The notes: generated by a model not told the origin, from the sequence alone. Counted from the stretch's first letter, positions 39,713-50,920 are shown. The stretch: 64,000 bases of DNA from Longimicrobiales bacterium (GCA_965197725.1 CBDANQ010000053.1:1-64000), one strand, 5' to 3'. Numbers and translations: made by a program.

Positions 39713-39789
39713 TTGCCTTCCGATTTTCAGGCTTTCTAACGTGTCGCGATTCTGCTGCGCGCCTAAGATTTAGTAAGACGGCATGATCA

Positions 39790-40110
39790 CTAGTGGATCT
39801 GAACATCATTGACGTACCGCCCGTTGCTAAAATCAGTGAAGTAGCGCTCCACTAGGGGATGTTGAATGGGGAGGCCACTGTGATCTGGTTCGAGGTTTCG
39901 TTCGGCTACATACGTTTGATTTTGGGCTCCGTGTGGCAATACCCGATACCAAGGACGGTGCTTGGGTGGTCTCGAACGGGCCACGGCTTCGTACCATTCC
40001 TCGGTTCCTCGAAAGTGCGGATCGACCTCGACGATTACACCTCGGTAATCAAACAGTTTGTGCTGCACCACGTCACCGACTGAAAAACGGGCACTCGGCA
40101 TCCGTATCAT
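39790..40110 (-). CDS. hspQ: Heat shock protein HspQ (YccV-like)
   Basis: ARFSVGDVVQHKLFDYRGVI, RPWYRVL, TYVAERNLE. Confidence 0.88.
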   Translation of the reverse strand: MIRMPSARFSVGDVVQHKLFDYRGVIVEVDPHFRGTEEWYEAVARSRPPKHRPWYRVLPHGAQNQTYVAERNLEPDHSGLPIQHPLVERYFTDFSNGRYVNDVQIH

Positions 40111-40255
40111 TGATTCATGTCCAATCCCAAGAACATGCCCTCTACCCACTTGCGATTCTGCTGCCCACCCAAAGTGGCTCCTCTTCGCGCAACCCGAAAC
40201 TGTTACCCATCAGGGTTTTCTACCGGGTCAGTTGGGCACTCGGGCCCGCACCGTG

Positions 40256-40549
40256 TTACGGCATCAACCCCACGATCTCAGCGAATTCATCCGGATCCCA
40301 GGCGCGCATGGTGGTGCTCCTCACGTTTCCCTGTGCACCGGTAGCTAGCCCGAACGCGGTCGCGGCCTTTTCGTCCTCGGCCTCCCAGATCGCGATGAGG
40401 TCGTAGGGGCCCGCGGTGTAGTAAACGGCAAGCACCCTCATGCCCATTCCGTCGGCCGCTTCGATCGCAGCCTTGAGCCGGCTGGGAGATTCCTTCACAG
40501 CCCGGATGCCCTGGTCCGTGAAATTGTACAGTGTTGCGTACTTGGCCAT
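40256..40549 (-). CDS. GYD-domain protein
   Basis: FTDQG, GPYDL, GNVRSTTMRA. Confidence 0.85.
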   Translation of the reverse strand: MAKYATLYNFTDQGIRAVKESPSRLKAAIEAADGMGMRVLAVYYTAGPYDLIAIWEAEDEKAATAFGLATGAQGNVRSTTMRAWDPDEFAEIVGLMP

Positions 40550-40662
40550 CTGTCCGACCTCCTCTTGAGGGGTGTTTGTCGTAGACGATGGGGATTCCTC
40601 CTTTCTGCCTCAAGACTTGAGGTGTCCTTCAACCACGGCGGGGCCAGCTTCCAGCGCCAACT

Positions 40663-41505
40663 TCAGTGGCGCAGCATTAGCCCGATGGCACTGCCGCCCC
40701 CCGAGGGAGCGATCGTGAGGTTGACGCCGGTGACCTCGTGCAGCTTTGGCACGCCCCATCCGACCAACGAGCCAATGATCGCACCGCTGATGATGTCGGT
40801 CGGGTAGTGCTTACCCCCGTGGTAGCGCATGTAACCAGTGGTTGTGGCGAGGGTCAGGGAGCCCGCCCACATCCACGTCGTCGCGGACGAGCCAGGACGG
40901 AGCTTCGCATAGACTGAGCTGAGGAACACCGCCGCGGCGAAGGCGTTCGCGGTATGGCCGGACGGGAATGCGCGGCGAGCCTTGACCTCCAACCGCGCCT
41001 CGTCGGGGATGTCTGGATCGGCGTTGTAGACGAACGGCCTGGCCCGGTTCGTCACACCCTTCAGCAGCTCGACCAGACCGTTGCCAACCAGGAATACCTC
41101 GCCGTACATGGCCGCCACGGTCCAGGACTGTCGCGACCCCGGCGTGGCGATCGCCAGGCCGAGTGGCGCAGCCATCAGGGTCAGGACGAGCGTGTTGCTC
41201 ACGGCGGCGGCTGTGGTGGACCACTGCGTGGTAGCGGAGCCGTCGAAGCCGTTGATATCCGCTGGGTCGAGCAGCGAGATCTCCTCCACGGTGAGGGGAT
41301 CTTGCCCGCGACGGACGGCAGCGGCACCGGAGACGAGGACGACACCTCCGGCGGTGAGGCCGCCATCAAGCCACAGGTCGAGTTCGCCGGGGGAGCTTTC
41401 ATGTTCCTGTGAGGCGGTGCACGGGGTGGCGAATCCCAGCAGAATAGAGCCGACGATCACCACGCGTTCCACGAAGACGCTAAGCGCGGGGATCTGAGCC
41501 TTCAA
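40663..41505 (-). CDS. PAP2 family phosphatase
   Basis: KGVTNRARP, FPSGH, RYHGGKHYPTDI. Confidence 0.85.
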   Translation of the reverse strand: MKAQIPALSVFVERVVIVGSILLGFATPCTASQEHESSPGELDLWLDGGLTAGGVVLVSGAAAVRRGQDPLTVEEISLLDPADINGFDGSATTQWSTTAAAVSNTLVLTLMAAPLGLAIATPGSRQSWTVAAMYGEVFLVGNGLVELLKGVTNRARPFVYNADPDIPDEARLEVKARRAFPSGHTANAFAAAVFLSSVYAKLRPGSSATTWMWAGSLTLATTTGYMRYHGGKHYPTDIISGAIIGSLVGWGVPKLHEVTGVNLTIAPSGGGSAIGLMLRH

Positions 41506-41576
41506 TTGGGCACCCCTCTATCTACGCGGTAGCCGCCTTCCAGGGCGGCGTTCCGGCGGATGATGGCTTCGAACAT
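41502..41576 (-). pseudogene. Second very short Ser/Thr kinase 5'-end remnant
   Basis: MFEAIIRRNAALEGGYRVDR resembles MSGAITRLNSALEGRYRIER at 31299. Confidence 0.45.
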
Positions 41577-41601
41577 GGCGGACAAGATGCTGGACAGCTG
41601 C

Positions 41602-42764
<1,163 letters not shown>

Positions 42765-42826
42765 CAAGCCCTGAAGGCTGAAGAAGGCTGCTTTACCGCG
42801 TAGGCGGCTTCCCGCCTCGCATGGTC

Positions 42827-43210
42827 TCAGTGGCGGGTCTCGATATCGAGCGTGCCGCCAGATCCCGCCATGGTGCCGAAACGGAACATCGCGTCGCTGA
42901 GGCTGAGGTAGGTTACGCTGGCGATGTCGGTGAGCTGCATGCCTCTCAGGCCCGAGGTGTCGCCTCGCGGAGATCCGTCGAAGAAGACGGTGACAACCGT
43001 CACTTCGGAGACGCTCGTCAGACCCCTGGGCCGCAGCCACCGGGGTCGCAGCGATTGTATCGCATTGAACAGATCGGTCTCATTGGTCGCGACGAGCTCA
43101 TCGTACGTGAGCACGTTTTCCGAGCCGCCGGCGCGGCTCGAGCCGCTCAAGGCACAAGCGACCAAGAGAGTCGCCACCGTTAGCGCGACCGGTAATCGGA
43201 GTCTCTTCAT
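42827..43210 (-). CDS. Hypothetical lipoprotein (TonB plug-like)
   Basis: Lipobox LVAC; AIQSLRPRWL, VFFDG, A..RFG. Confidence 0.65.
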   Translation of the reverse strand: MKRLRLPVALTVATLLVACALSGSSRAGGSENVLTYDELVATNETDLFNAIQSLRPRWLRPRGLTSVSEVTVVTVFFDGSPRGDTSGLRGMQLTDIASVTYLSLSDAMFRFGTMAGSGGTLDIETRH

Positions 43211-43347
43211 CGCCTGAGATCCAGCTCAGAGAAGAACCATGAACACTTGGTTCCAACAATATACTTCAGCCTCAGCCATACCGCTGTGGTGACGTATGGA
43301 GGCGTCAGTCACCGTACCTGCCAGATGCCGAGCCAAGCATAACATCC

Positions 43348-43404
43348 ATAAGGAGTCTCTAGTGGGCCCATGGGGGGCGACGGCGGGTTTGAGGAGGCGC
43401 GGAG
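43348..43404 (+). repeat. ~57-bp imperfect direct repeat, copy 1
   Basis: ATAAGGAGTCTCTA...TGGGGGGCGA..GGGTTTGA..CGCGGAG, also at 44563-44620. Confidence 0.75.
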
Positions 43405-43515
43405 CGCGTAATAAGCAAAAGAAGGTGCACGCTAGTAGTTTGGTCGTTCCACATATCGGGCGAGCGGACAAGCGACGTGACTCGTAGCTTGTGAGGCCCC
43501 ATGCCGGAGAGTGCC

Positions 43516-44394
43516 ATGAAGAGTGCCATGAGCAGACAACAACTCGCGTTTGCCGCCGGGATCGCTGCCGCTCTGGCAGGCGCACCTCTGTGCGCCCAGG
43601 ACGACTACGAGACCGCACGGATCGCCGACGGCGTGTACCAGTTCAGGTGGATCGGCCACAACGGGATGTTCGTCACCACCGACGAAGGCGTAGTCGTCTT
43701 CGACCCGATCAACGTCGACGCTGCGAGGGTATTCGCATCGGAGATTCAGCGAATCGCGCCCGGCTCTCCCTTGGTGAGCATCGTGTACAGTCACAGTGAT
43801 GCAGACCATGCGACCGGCGCTAATGCCCTCATGACCGCCATGGGTCAGGAAGGCGTCCCCATCATCGCGCACGAGAACGCCGTCGCTCCGATCCGGGCGC
43901 GCGGGAGCGCTGATCAGCCCGTGCCGAATGTGACGTTCTCCGACAAGCTGCGGTTCGAGATCGGCGGCCGCTGGATCGAGCTCTACTATCTAGGGCCGAG
44001 CCACACGGACAACATGGCCGTGCCGTTCTTTCCCGACGTGGGCGTGGCGTTCGCCGTCGACTTCGTCTCCCTCGACGCGATGGGGTATCGAGAGCTGCCG
44101 GGGTGGCAATTCCCAGAGTTCTTCGATGCGGTCTCCGGATTACTTGACATCCCGTTCGAGACGATGGTCTTCGGGCACGGACCACCGGGCGACCGGGCGG
44201 CGATCCAGCGACAGATCGCCTACTACGACGACCTCACCGCCGCCGTGCGGACAGCGGTCGCGGATGGCCTCACGGAAGACCAGGCCGCCCGGAGAATCCG
44301 TCTCGATCAGTACGCCGACTGGGATCGCTACGAAGACTATTTCCCGATGAACGTGCGAGCGGTGTATCGGTGGGTCGCAGGCGCGGGCCGGTAG
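43516..44394 (+). CDS. Secreted MBL-fold metallo-hydrolase
   Basis: Signal peptide, YSHSDADHATG, IIAHEN, GPSHT, FGHG. Confidence 0.85.
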   Translation: MKSAMSRQQLAFAAGIAAALAGAPLCAQDDYETARIADGVYQFRWIGHNGMFVTTDEGVVVFDPINVDAARVFASEIQRIAPGSPLVSIVYSHSDADHATGANALMTAMGQEGVPIIAHENAVAPIRARGSADQPVPNVTFSDKLRFEIGGRWIELYYLGPSHTDNMAVPFFPDVGVAFAVDFVSLDAMGYRELPGWQFPEFFDAVSGLLDIPFETMVFGHGPPGDRAAIQRQIAYYDDLTAAVRTAVADGLTEDQAARRIRLDQYADWDRYEDYFPMNVRAVYRWVAGAGR

Positions 44395-44403
44395 CGGCCG
44401 GTC

Positions 44404-44577
44404 ATGCCCGCCCAGCGCCCTCAAGATCTCGTATTCACGCTGTATGGTGAGTACCTCCTGCACCGCGACGAGCCGATTTGGGTCGGCAGTCTCATCTCGC
44501 TGCTTCAGCCCTTCGGCCTAGCGGAGGCCGCGGTCCGCACGGCCCTCTCACGCATGGCGGAAATAAGGAGTCTCTAA
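44404..44577 (+). pseudogene. PaaX-family transcriptional regulator, N-terminal fragment
   Basis: QDLVFTLYGEY...WVGSLISLLQPFG..EAAVRTALSRM, truncated at the repeat starting 44563. Confidence 0.8.
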
Positions 44578-44620
44578 CCCCCCTTGGGGGGCGATGGGGT
44601 GGGTTTGAAGTGACGCGGAG
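44563..44620 (+). repeat. ~57-bp imperfect direct repeat, copy 2
   Basis: Matches 43348-43404. Confidence 0.75.
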
Positions 44621-44715
44621 AGGGTGAAGGTGGGATGCTGTGCTCACCGCCGATGAGGCTTCTCAGCCTTCCTGATCGATCCGATACTCCCAAAATCGGC
44701 TCTTCCCATGCCGGC

Positions 44716-44753
44716 TTAACAGCCAGGCGCTCTGCCGATTGAGCTACACCCCA
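44716..44753 (-). repeat. att site: 5' half of tRNA-Asn through the anticodon loop
   Basis: Identical to 38347-38384. Confidence 0.9.
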
Positions 44754-44804
44754 TCTGTTCTGTGACAGTATCGGCTCGCACGCTGTCGGGTCTGGACCGT
44801 CACG

Positions 44805-45746
44805 CTACGCTTCGAGCGCCTTCAATGCGGCGACCGTCAAACGTACGTGCTCCGCGGAATCCTGCAAAGCCGCCGTTTCGTCAGCATCGAGCTCCACTTC
44901 CAGAATACGCTGGAGGCCGCTTTCACCGAGCATGCAAGGCACTCCCAGGTACATATCGTTCATGCCATACTCGCCCTGGAGCCAAGCCGCACAAGGCAGT
45001 ATACGCTTCTTGTCCTTGACGATCGCCTCGGCCATTTGCACGGCGGCGGCCGCCGGCGCGTAGTACGCACTCCCCGTTTTGAGGAACGCGACGATCTCGC
45101 CGCCGCCCTTCCGCGTCCTCTCGACCAGCGCGTCGATGCGGTCCTGAGCGAGCAGCTGGGTGAGCGGAATTCCACTCACCGACGTATAGCTCGCGAGCGG
45201 CACCATCGTGTCGCCATGGCCTCCCAGCACGAGCGCCTGGATATCTTCGATGCTGACGTCGAGCTCGAGCGCGATGAAGGAGCGGTAGCGCGCCGTGTCG
45301 AGCACGCCGGCCATTCCAATCACCCGCTCCCGGGGGAATCCGGTTGTCTCGAGCACGACCTGTGCCATCACGTCCAGCGGGTTGGTCACGACAATGACGA
45401 TCGAGTCCGGCGCAACGCGCCTGATCTGCTCGGACACGGAGCGGATGACCCCGGCATTGATCTTCAGAAGATCGTCCCGGCTCATGCCAGGCTTGCGCGC
45501 GATACCGGCCGTCACGATGAAGATGTCGGAGCCCACAGCCTCCTCGTACCCGTTCGTGCCGGTCACGCGGGTGTCACATCCCTGGATGGGCGCGCTCTCC
45601 CACTGGTCCAGCGCCTTGCCCTGCGGAATCCCCTCGACGATGTCGACGAGGATCACCTCGCGGGCGAGTTCCTGTTGGGCGAGCAGCTGCGAGCAAGTCG
45701 CGCCGACGTGCCCGGCGCCAACGACTGTGATCTTCTTCGCACTCAT
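44805..45746 (-). CDS. mdh: Malate dehydrogenase
   Basis: VGAGHVG, ARKPGMSRDDL, TNPLD, GVLDTAR, LGGHGD, GSAYYAP. Confidence 0.96.
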   Translation of the reverse strand: MSAKKITVVGAGHVGATCSQLLAQQELAREVILVDIVEGIPQGKALDQWESAPIQGCDTRVTGTNGYEEAVGSDIFIVTAGIARKPGMSRDDLLKINAGVIRSVSEQIRRVAPDSIVIVVTNPLDVMAQVVLETTGFPRERVIGMAGVLDTARYRSFIALELDVSIEDIQALVLGGHGDTMVPLASYTSVSGIPLTQLLAQDRIDALVERTRKGGGEIVAFLKTGSAYYAPAAAAVQMAEAIVKDKKRILPCAAWLQGEYGMNDMYLGVPCMLGESGLQRILEVELDADETAALQDSAEHVRLTVAALKALEA

Positions 45747-45838
45747 GGGGCGACCTGGCTCCACGGGGGTTTCCTTCAGAAATCGAACGACCGTGATCCT
45801 CGGCCGCGCGTGGAGTATAACGACCTGCTTGCCGCGGT

Positions 45839-46819
45839 CTACCCGCCGGTTTGAGACAGCGCGACGAGCCCACCGGACCCCACGTCACTGCCCTGGATGA
45901 GGTAGTGCCGCTCCGGCTTGATGCGGAGCGTTTCCTCGATGAGCGGCCGCAAGTCTTCCCCTGCGCGCAAAGGGTCGCGCAGGTTGGTTTCGATGTCCCC
46001 GAAGAGGCACGGGCGGAGCTGCCCGGAGGCCGTCAGCCGCATGCGATTGCACCGGTCACAGTAGTTGTGACTCATCGGGGTGATGACCCCGACGGTGCCC
46101 GGAGCGCCGGGGAACCGATAGTAGGTGGCGGGCCCGTTTCCGAACGGACCGTCGACGGCCTCCAGCTCTTCGATCGCGCGGACCCGGCGCAGCGCTTCGG
46201 CGCATGATACGAAGCTGTTCGCGCTCAAGTCTAGGTTGGCCCCGGTGGGCATGAGTTCTATGAAACGCACGTGCCAGGGGCGCTCGCGCGTGATGCGCGC
46301 GAAGTCTTCGATCTCGTCGTCGTTCTGTCCGCGGATGAGCACGACGTTGATCTTCAGAGGCGTGAAACCGACCTGCTCGGCGGCATCAAGCCCTTCCATG
46401 ATCTTCGAGTATGAGCCGGGCCGGCGTGAGATCGCGTCCACGCGATCCGCCTGCAGGGAGTCCAGCGAGATGTTGAGGCGCTGGACTCCCGCCTGCTTCA
46501 GCGCTTCAGCGTTCTCGGCGAGCATCACGGCGTTGGTGGACAGGGAGAGATCCTCGATCTCCGGCACCGCGGCGATCATGTGCACGAGATCGGGAAGGTC
46601 ACGGCGGACCAGCGGCTCGCCTCCGGTGAGGCGGACGCGCTCGAGCCCCATTCCGGCCATAGTGCGAACGACGCGCACGATCTCCTCGTACGAGAGAATC
46701 TCCTCGCGCTTGAGCCAGGGCAGCCCCTCGAGCGGCATGCAGTACACGCAGCGCAGATTACATTTGTCAGTGACTGAGACGCGTAGGTAGCGTACGGTCC
46801 GCCCGAATTGATCGATCAC
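45839..46819 (-). CDS. moaA: GTP 3',8-cyclase (copy 2)
   Basis: CNLRCVYC, RLTGGEP, RFIELM, CDRCNRMRL, C-terminal GG. Confidence 0.95.
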   Translation of the reverse strand: MIDQFGRTVRYLRVSVTDKCNLRCVYCMPLEGLPWLKREEILSYEEIVRVVRTMAGMGLERVRLTGGEPLVRRDLPDLVHMIAAVPEIEDLSLSTNAVMLAENAEALKQAGVQRLNISLDSLQADRVDAISRRPGSYSKIMEGLDAAEQVGFTPLKINVVLIRGQNDDEIEDFARITRERPWHVRFIELMPTGANLDLSANSFVSCAEALRRVRAIEELEAVDGPFGNGPATYYRFPGAPGTVGVITPMSHNYCDRCNRMRLTASGQLRPCLFGDIETNLRDPLRAGEDLRPLIEETLRIKPERHYLIQGSDVGSGGLVALSQTGG

Positions 46820-47292
46820 GCGTCACCCTCTTTCCCAACGGCCGCGGCCTCAGCGGCCGGCGCGGTGCCCGGCGGCTCGGTGCCTTCAACCCACTCGGAG
46901 ACCCCGTCGACGTAATGCTCCTTCTTCCAGACGGGAAGACGCTCCTTGAGCTGCTCGATCACGTACCGTGACGCCTCGTACGCCTCTGCGCGGTGCGGAC
47001 TAGAGACGGCGATCGCCACGCTGACCTCACCGATCGCCAACTCTCCGAAGCGATGCGCGACCGCGACGCGGTCCGTGCCCAAGCGCTCAGCAGCCTCTTC
47101 AGCGATCGTCCTCAGGACCTCGCCGGCCATCTCCTGGTAGGCGTCGTAGCGCATGCCCGAGACCGGTCGCTCGTCGGCGTGATCACGGACGACGCCCAGG
47201 AAGAGCAGCGTCGCGCCGTCTCGGTCGGACCCGACCCGAGCCAGGACTTCGGCCGGGTCGATCGCTTCGGAGGCCACGCGCGCAAAGATCAT
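46816..47292 (-). CDS. moaE: Molybdopterin synthase catalytic subunit
   Basis: FLGVVR, HRFGEL, SSPHR, PVWKKE. Confidence 0.95.
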   Translation of the reverse strand: MIFARVASEAIDPAEVLARVGSDRDGATLLFLGVVRDHADERPVSGMRYDAYQEMAGEVLRTIAEEAAERLGTDRVAVAHRFGELAIGEVSVAIAVSSPHRAEAYEASRYVIEQLKERLPVWKKEHYVDGVSEWVEGTEPPGTAPAAEAAAVGKEGDA

Positions 47293-47294
47293 GG

Positions 47295-47546
47295 TCAGCC
47301 GCCCGCGACCGGCGGTATGAACGCGACCTCGTCTCCTGCGCCAAGGGGCTCGTTCAGCATCGCGTAGGTGCGATTGACAGCCACCGCAGGCTGCGCCGGC
47401 AAGATGTCGAACGGAGAGCCACGGCCCCTCAACTCTGCCACGAGGTCCGCAACCGTAGCGCCTTGCGCGAGCTCCACCGTCAACTCGGAGAGCCCGAGCC
47501 GATCACGGTAGGCAGCAAAAAAGAGCGTACGGACAGGAACGGACAT
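47295..47546 (-). CDS. moaD: Molybdopterin synthase sulfur carrier
   Basis: AVN, GDEVAFIPPVAGG. Confidence 0.95.
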   Translation of the reverse strand: MSVPVRTLFFAAYRDRLGLSELTVELAQGATVADLVAELRGRGSPFDILPAQPAVAVNRTYAMLNEPLGAGDEVAFIPPVAGG

Positions 47547-47608
47547 GAATCCCTCAGAAGAGAGTGGCGCGCTGAGCCGACTGAGCTTGGGAGATCCCGC
47601 GGGCTACG

Positions 47609-48256
47609 TCAACGTTCCCGTGAGAAACCCCCGAGCAGTGGCAGCTCGGACCCGTTGGGTCGACCCAACGCGCGTCCGCCCCCGAACGCCCCGGGGCTAC
47701 CGCCCGGTCGCACATCGCCGCCACCGCGGCCGCGGCCGCCGCCCCGGCCGTCCCTGCGTCCTGGCTGACCCCGGAGGCGCCGGATACGCTGACCGAGTTG
47801 CTCTCGAAGATTCACGAGCCGCAAGACCTGTACGGGCGTGAGAACCTGGAGCAGTGCCTCGTGCTCCGCCTGGAATAGCGCGGCTTCTTGGATCCGCAGC
47901 GCGGACATGCGCTCCAGCAACTCCGCCGCCTCGGCTTGGTCCTGCCCACCTTCGAGCATCAGAGCCTCGACGCGGCGTCTCAGAGCCTGCTCCTGACGCC
48001 CCACCTGCCGGCGCTGCTCCTCGAATCCCCGGACTGTCTCGTCGAGGCGGGCCTCCTCCTCCTCGCTGAGGCCGAGCTGCTCCCGGATCATCTCGGCCAT
48101 GCGCGCGCGTACGCGCCGTTCCAGCTCCATCCTCTCTGGCCCCTGCCCTCTGCGCCCCATCGGCGGCCGTCGCTGCGCCTCCACGGGCACAACGACGAGG
48201 AGCGAAAGCAACACAGAAAGCACGAACCCCGACTTGGCCAGCCGCGACGTCCTCAT
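47609..48256 (-). CDS. Spy/CpxP-like periplasmic protein
   Basis: Signal peptide, QLGLSEEE, VLTPVQ; follows the ECF/anti-sigma pair. Confidence 0.65.
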   Translation of the reverse strand: MRTSRLAKSGFVLSVLLSLLVVVPVEAQRRPPMGRRGQGPERMELERRVRARMAEMIREQLGLSEEEEARLDETVRGFEEQRRQVGRQEQALRRRVEALMLEGGQDQAEAAELLERMSALRIQEAALFQAEHEALLQVLTPVQVLRLVNLREQLGQRIRRLRGQPGRRDGRGGGRGRGGGDVRPGGSPGAFGGGRALGRPNGSELPLLGGFSRER

Positions 48257-48729
48257 GCCGAACCCCCCGCTCCACCCACGTCCAATTCATCCAGAAACCG
48301 CAGAAGCGCCTCGTCGCTCAGAGCATCGAGTACCGGAGCCCCTGCGATGAGGCCGTCGTCACTGAGCCACAGGTCTCCGTCTTCGAGCTCGTACGCGTAG
48401 CCCGGAATCGCCGACTCGGGTTGTTCAGGCCGGTCGGAAGAGATGCCGATGCCGAGGGCGAGAGCCGCCACGGCGGCCGCGGTGATACCCCACCAGGGAC
48501 GGCTGACAGATGTGCGGTCGTAGCGCACGGCGTCGCGGACCCGATTCGCGAGCCCGTCCGGCGCGTCGACACGAGACTCGAAGACAAGGCATGCGAGCCC
48601 TACTTCGGCCCTGCACTCATCGCAGGCCTTCAGGTGCGACCCCACCGATGTGCCATCGAGCTTGGCGAGTCGCCCACTCACGTATTCGGGAATCCACTCC
48701 CGCACCGTTTCGCACTTCACATTGCTCAT
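48253..48729 (-). CDS. Zinc-finger (HxxxCxxC) anti-sigma factor
   Basis: HLKACDEC plus TM helix; downstream of ECF sigma. Confidence 0.85.
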   Translation of the reverse strand: MSNVKCETVREWIPEYVSGRLAKLDGTSVGSHLKACDECRAEVGLACLVFESRVDAPDGLANRVRDAVRYDRTSVSRPWWGITAAAVAALALGIGISSDRPEQPESAIPGYAYELEDGDLWLSDDGLIAGAPVLDALSDEALLRFLDELDVGGAGGSA

Positions 48730-49283
48730 TGCATCAACTCCCTGAGCCGTCGGATCCCATGAAAGTAGTTGACCCTGGCAGCACCCTCGCTGGATCCGAT
48801 GATCTCGCCGATCTCCTTGAAGCTCAGCCCCTCTTCTATCCTAAGTGAAACGGAGAGCTTCTGCTTCTCTGGTAACGTCTCCATCATCCTTCGTGCCCGC
48901 GCGGCCTCCTGCGCATCGACCGCTTCGGTGTCCGGTGCTTTCTGCTCCGCTCGCACCTGCCCCGCATCCTCTAGCGCCGTCTCTCTCCGGCGTCCTCTTC
49001 GGCGCAACGCGCCTCGTGCCTCATTACCCGCGATGGTGAGGACCCAGGTTCGAAAGGACGCATCGCCCCGGAACCCTCCGAGCGCTCGAAACGCCTTGAT
49101 GAACGCGTCCTGCACCGCGTCCTGCGCCGCATCGTCGTCCTGCAGCATAGAGAACGCCACGCGGTACGCAGCCGCGTGATGTCGCTCCACCAAACCGCTG
49201 AGAGCCTCGTCGTCACCGGCGCGCCCCCTTTCGACCAATTCCTCGTCGGAAAGAATCGCGTCAGACTGTTCGTCGTCCCTCAC
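48726..49283 (-). CDS. ECF RNA polymerase sigma factor
   Basis: DAVQDAFIKA, FRTW, GLSFKEIG. Confidence 0.92.
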   Translation of the reverse strand: MRDDEQSDAILSDEELVERGRAGDDEALSGLVERHHAAAYRVAFSMLQDDDAAQDAVQDAFIKAFRALGGFRGDASFRTWVLTIAGNEARGALRRRGRRRETALEDAGQVRAEQKAPDTEAVDAQEAARARRMMETLPEKQKLSVSLRIEEGLSFKEIGEIIGSSEGAARVNYFHGIRRLRELMQ

Positions 49284-49361
49284 CGAACGTCAGACGCGCG
49301 CACGCCCAGAAACGTTAAATGAGGATCCAGCGAATCGACCGAGGCACGGTCCGGCCATGAA

Positions 49362-49661
49362 TCAGCCGGAAACTTCGTCCAGCCTTGCGACGCGGCTACG
49401 GAGATGCTTCGAGGGTTTGAAGACGGGCACGGACCGCGACGGCACTTCGACCGGATCCCCGGTTCGGGGGTTGCGAGCCACTCGCGTCTTCCGCTTGCGC
49501 ACCTTGAATGTGCCGAAGCCCCGGATCTCGATGTTGTCGCCGTTCGCGAGCGCAAGCTTCACGGCGTTCAACAACCCATCCACGACGAGTGCGCAGTCCT
49601 TCTTGGTGATCCCGGGGCCGATCGCTTCGGCCACCTGCTCAACCAGGTCCGCCTTCGTCAT
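49362..49661 (-). CDS. HU/IHF family DNA-binding protein
   Basis: MTKADLV, IEIRGFGTF, ARNPRTG, PVFKPS. Confidence 0.95.
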   Translation of the reverse strand: MTKADLVEQVAEAIGPGITKKDCALVVDGLLNAVKLALANGDNIEIRGFGTFKVRKRKTRVARNPRTGDPVEVPSRSVPVFKPSKHLRSRVARLDEVSG

Positions 49662-49801
49662 GCTTCCTCCAGAAGAGCGTCTTTCCAGGGGCTTCTGAAT
49701 CCAACTGTCTCGCTAGGGGCCAGGCACGGTAACGACGGCCTCGTGCGGCCGCAAGGTGACCGGAATCGTTGTGACAGATGGACTTAGGTGCGTGGTCCGA
49801 C

Positions 49802-50920
49802 TCAGGCGGAGGGTGCTCGTCGCTCTTCCATGAGCTCGATGAACCGATCGAAGAGATAACGACTGTCGTGGGGCCCCGGGGCGGCCTCCGGATGGTACTG
49901 CACCGAGAGCACAGGATATTCGCGGTGCTCGACGCCCTCGACCGTGAGATCGTACAGGTTGAGGTGCGTGAGCCGCAGGTCGGGGGCCCCCGGAATCGCA
50001 TCGCCTTCCCCGCTGCCCACCGCGAAACCGTGATTCTGAGAAGTGATCTCCACCTTCTGGCTGTCGAGGTTCTTCACGGGATGGTTCCCACCGTGGTGTC
50101 CGAACGGGAGTTTGAACGTGCTCGCTCCAAAAGCGCGGCATATCAGCTGATGCCCCAGACAGATTCCGAAGACCGGGACATCTGCCTTGGCGAGCCCGAG
50201 GATCGCGGCCCCCACCTGCTCAACCGCCGCAGGGTCTCCGGGTCCGTTCGAGACGAACATGCCGTCCGGCGGATCGTCGAGGATCTTCTCCACTGATGTG
50301 TCCGCGGGAATGACAGTGACCCGACACCCCCGTTCGGCAAGCAGCTTGGGGGAGTGGGCCTTCACACCGAAATCGGACGCGAGCACGTGGAAGCGCTCTT
50401 CCCCGATGGCGGGGACCGAGTACGGCTGCTCTGTCGAGATTCCACAGGCGAGGTCGAGGCCCTCCATGAGCGGATGCGCCCGCACTTTTTCCATCACCTT
50501 CTCTTCGGACATCCCCACCGGGGCGATCGCCCCGCGCATCGCGCCCTTCGAACGGATGTGTCGCGTGAGCGCACGAGTGTCGAGATCGGCGATCCCCGTG
50601 ATGCCGTTCTGCTTCAGATAGGCGTCGAGGCCGCCTTCGGAGCGCCAGTTGGAGTGGAGCCGCGACGCTTCACGAACGATAAAGCCCGCAACCTGAGGGA
50701 CTGGGGATTCCCGGTCATCGGAGTTGACGCCGTAGTTGCCGATGAGCGGGTAGGTCATCGTGACCAACTGGCCAGTGTACGACGGGTCGGTCAGGACCTC
50801 CTGATACCCGGTCATGCAGGTGTTGAAGACGACCTCACCCAAGGCGAGGTCCGACGCGCCCACGAGATCGCCGTCGAAGCGGCGACCGTCTTCCAGGAGT
50901 AGGTAGGCTGTGCTTTCCAG
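49802..50920 (-). CDS. carA: Carbamoyl-phosphate synthase small subunit (start uncertain, possibly CTG)
   Basis: GEVVFNT.MTGYQE, TDPSY, SNGPGDP, GICLGHQ, SQNHGF, QYHPEA. Confidence 0.95.
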   Translation of the reverse strand: MESTAYLLLEDGRRFDGDLVGASDLALGEVVFNTCMTGYQEVLTDPSYTGQLVTMTYPLIGNYGVNSDDRESPVPQVAGFIVREASRLHSNWRSEGGLDAYLKQNGITGIADLDTRALTRHIRSKGAMRGAIAPVGMSEEKVMEKVRAHPLMEGLDLACGISTEQPYSVPAIGEERFHVLASDFGVKAHSPKLLAERGCRVTVIPADTSVEKILDDPPDGMFVSNGPGDPAAVEQVGAAILGLAKADVPVFGICLGHQLICRAFGASTFKLPFGHHGGNHPVKNLDSQKVEITSQNHGFAVGSGEGDAIPGAPDLRLTHLNLYDLTVEGVEHREYPVLSVQYHPEAAPGPHDSRYLFDRFIELMEERRAPSA

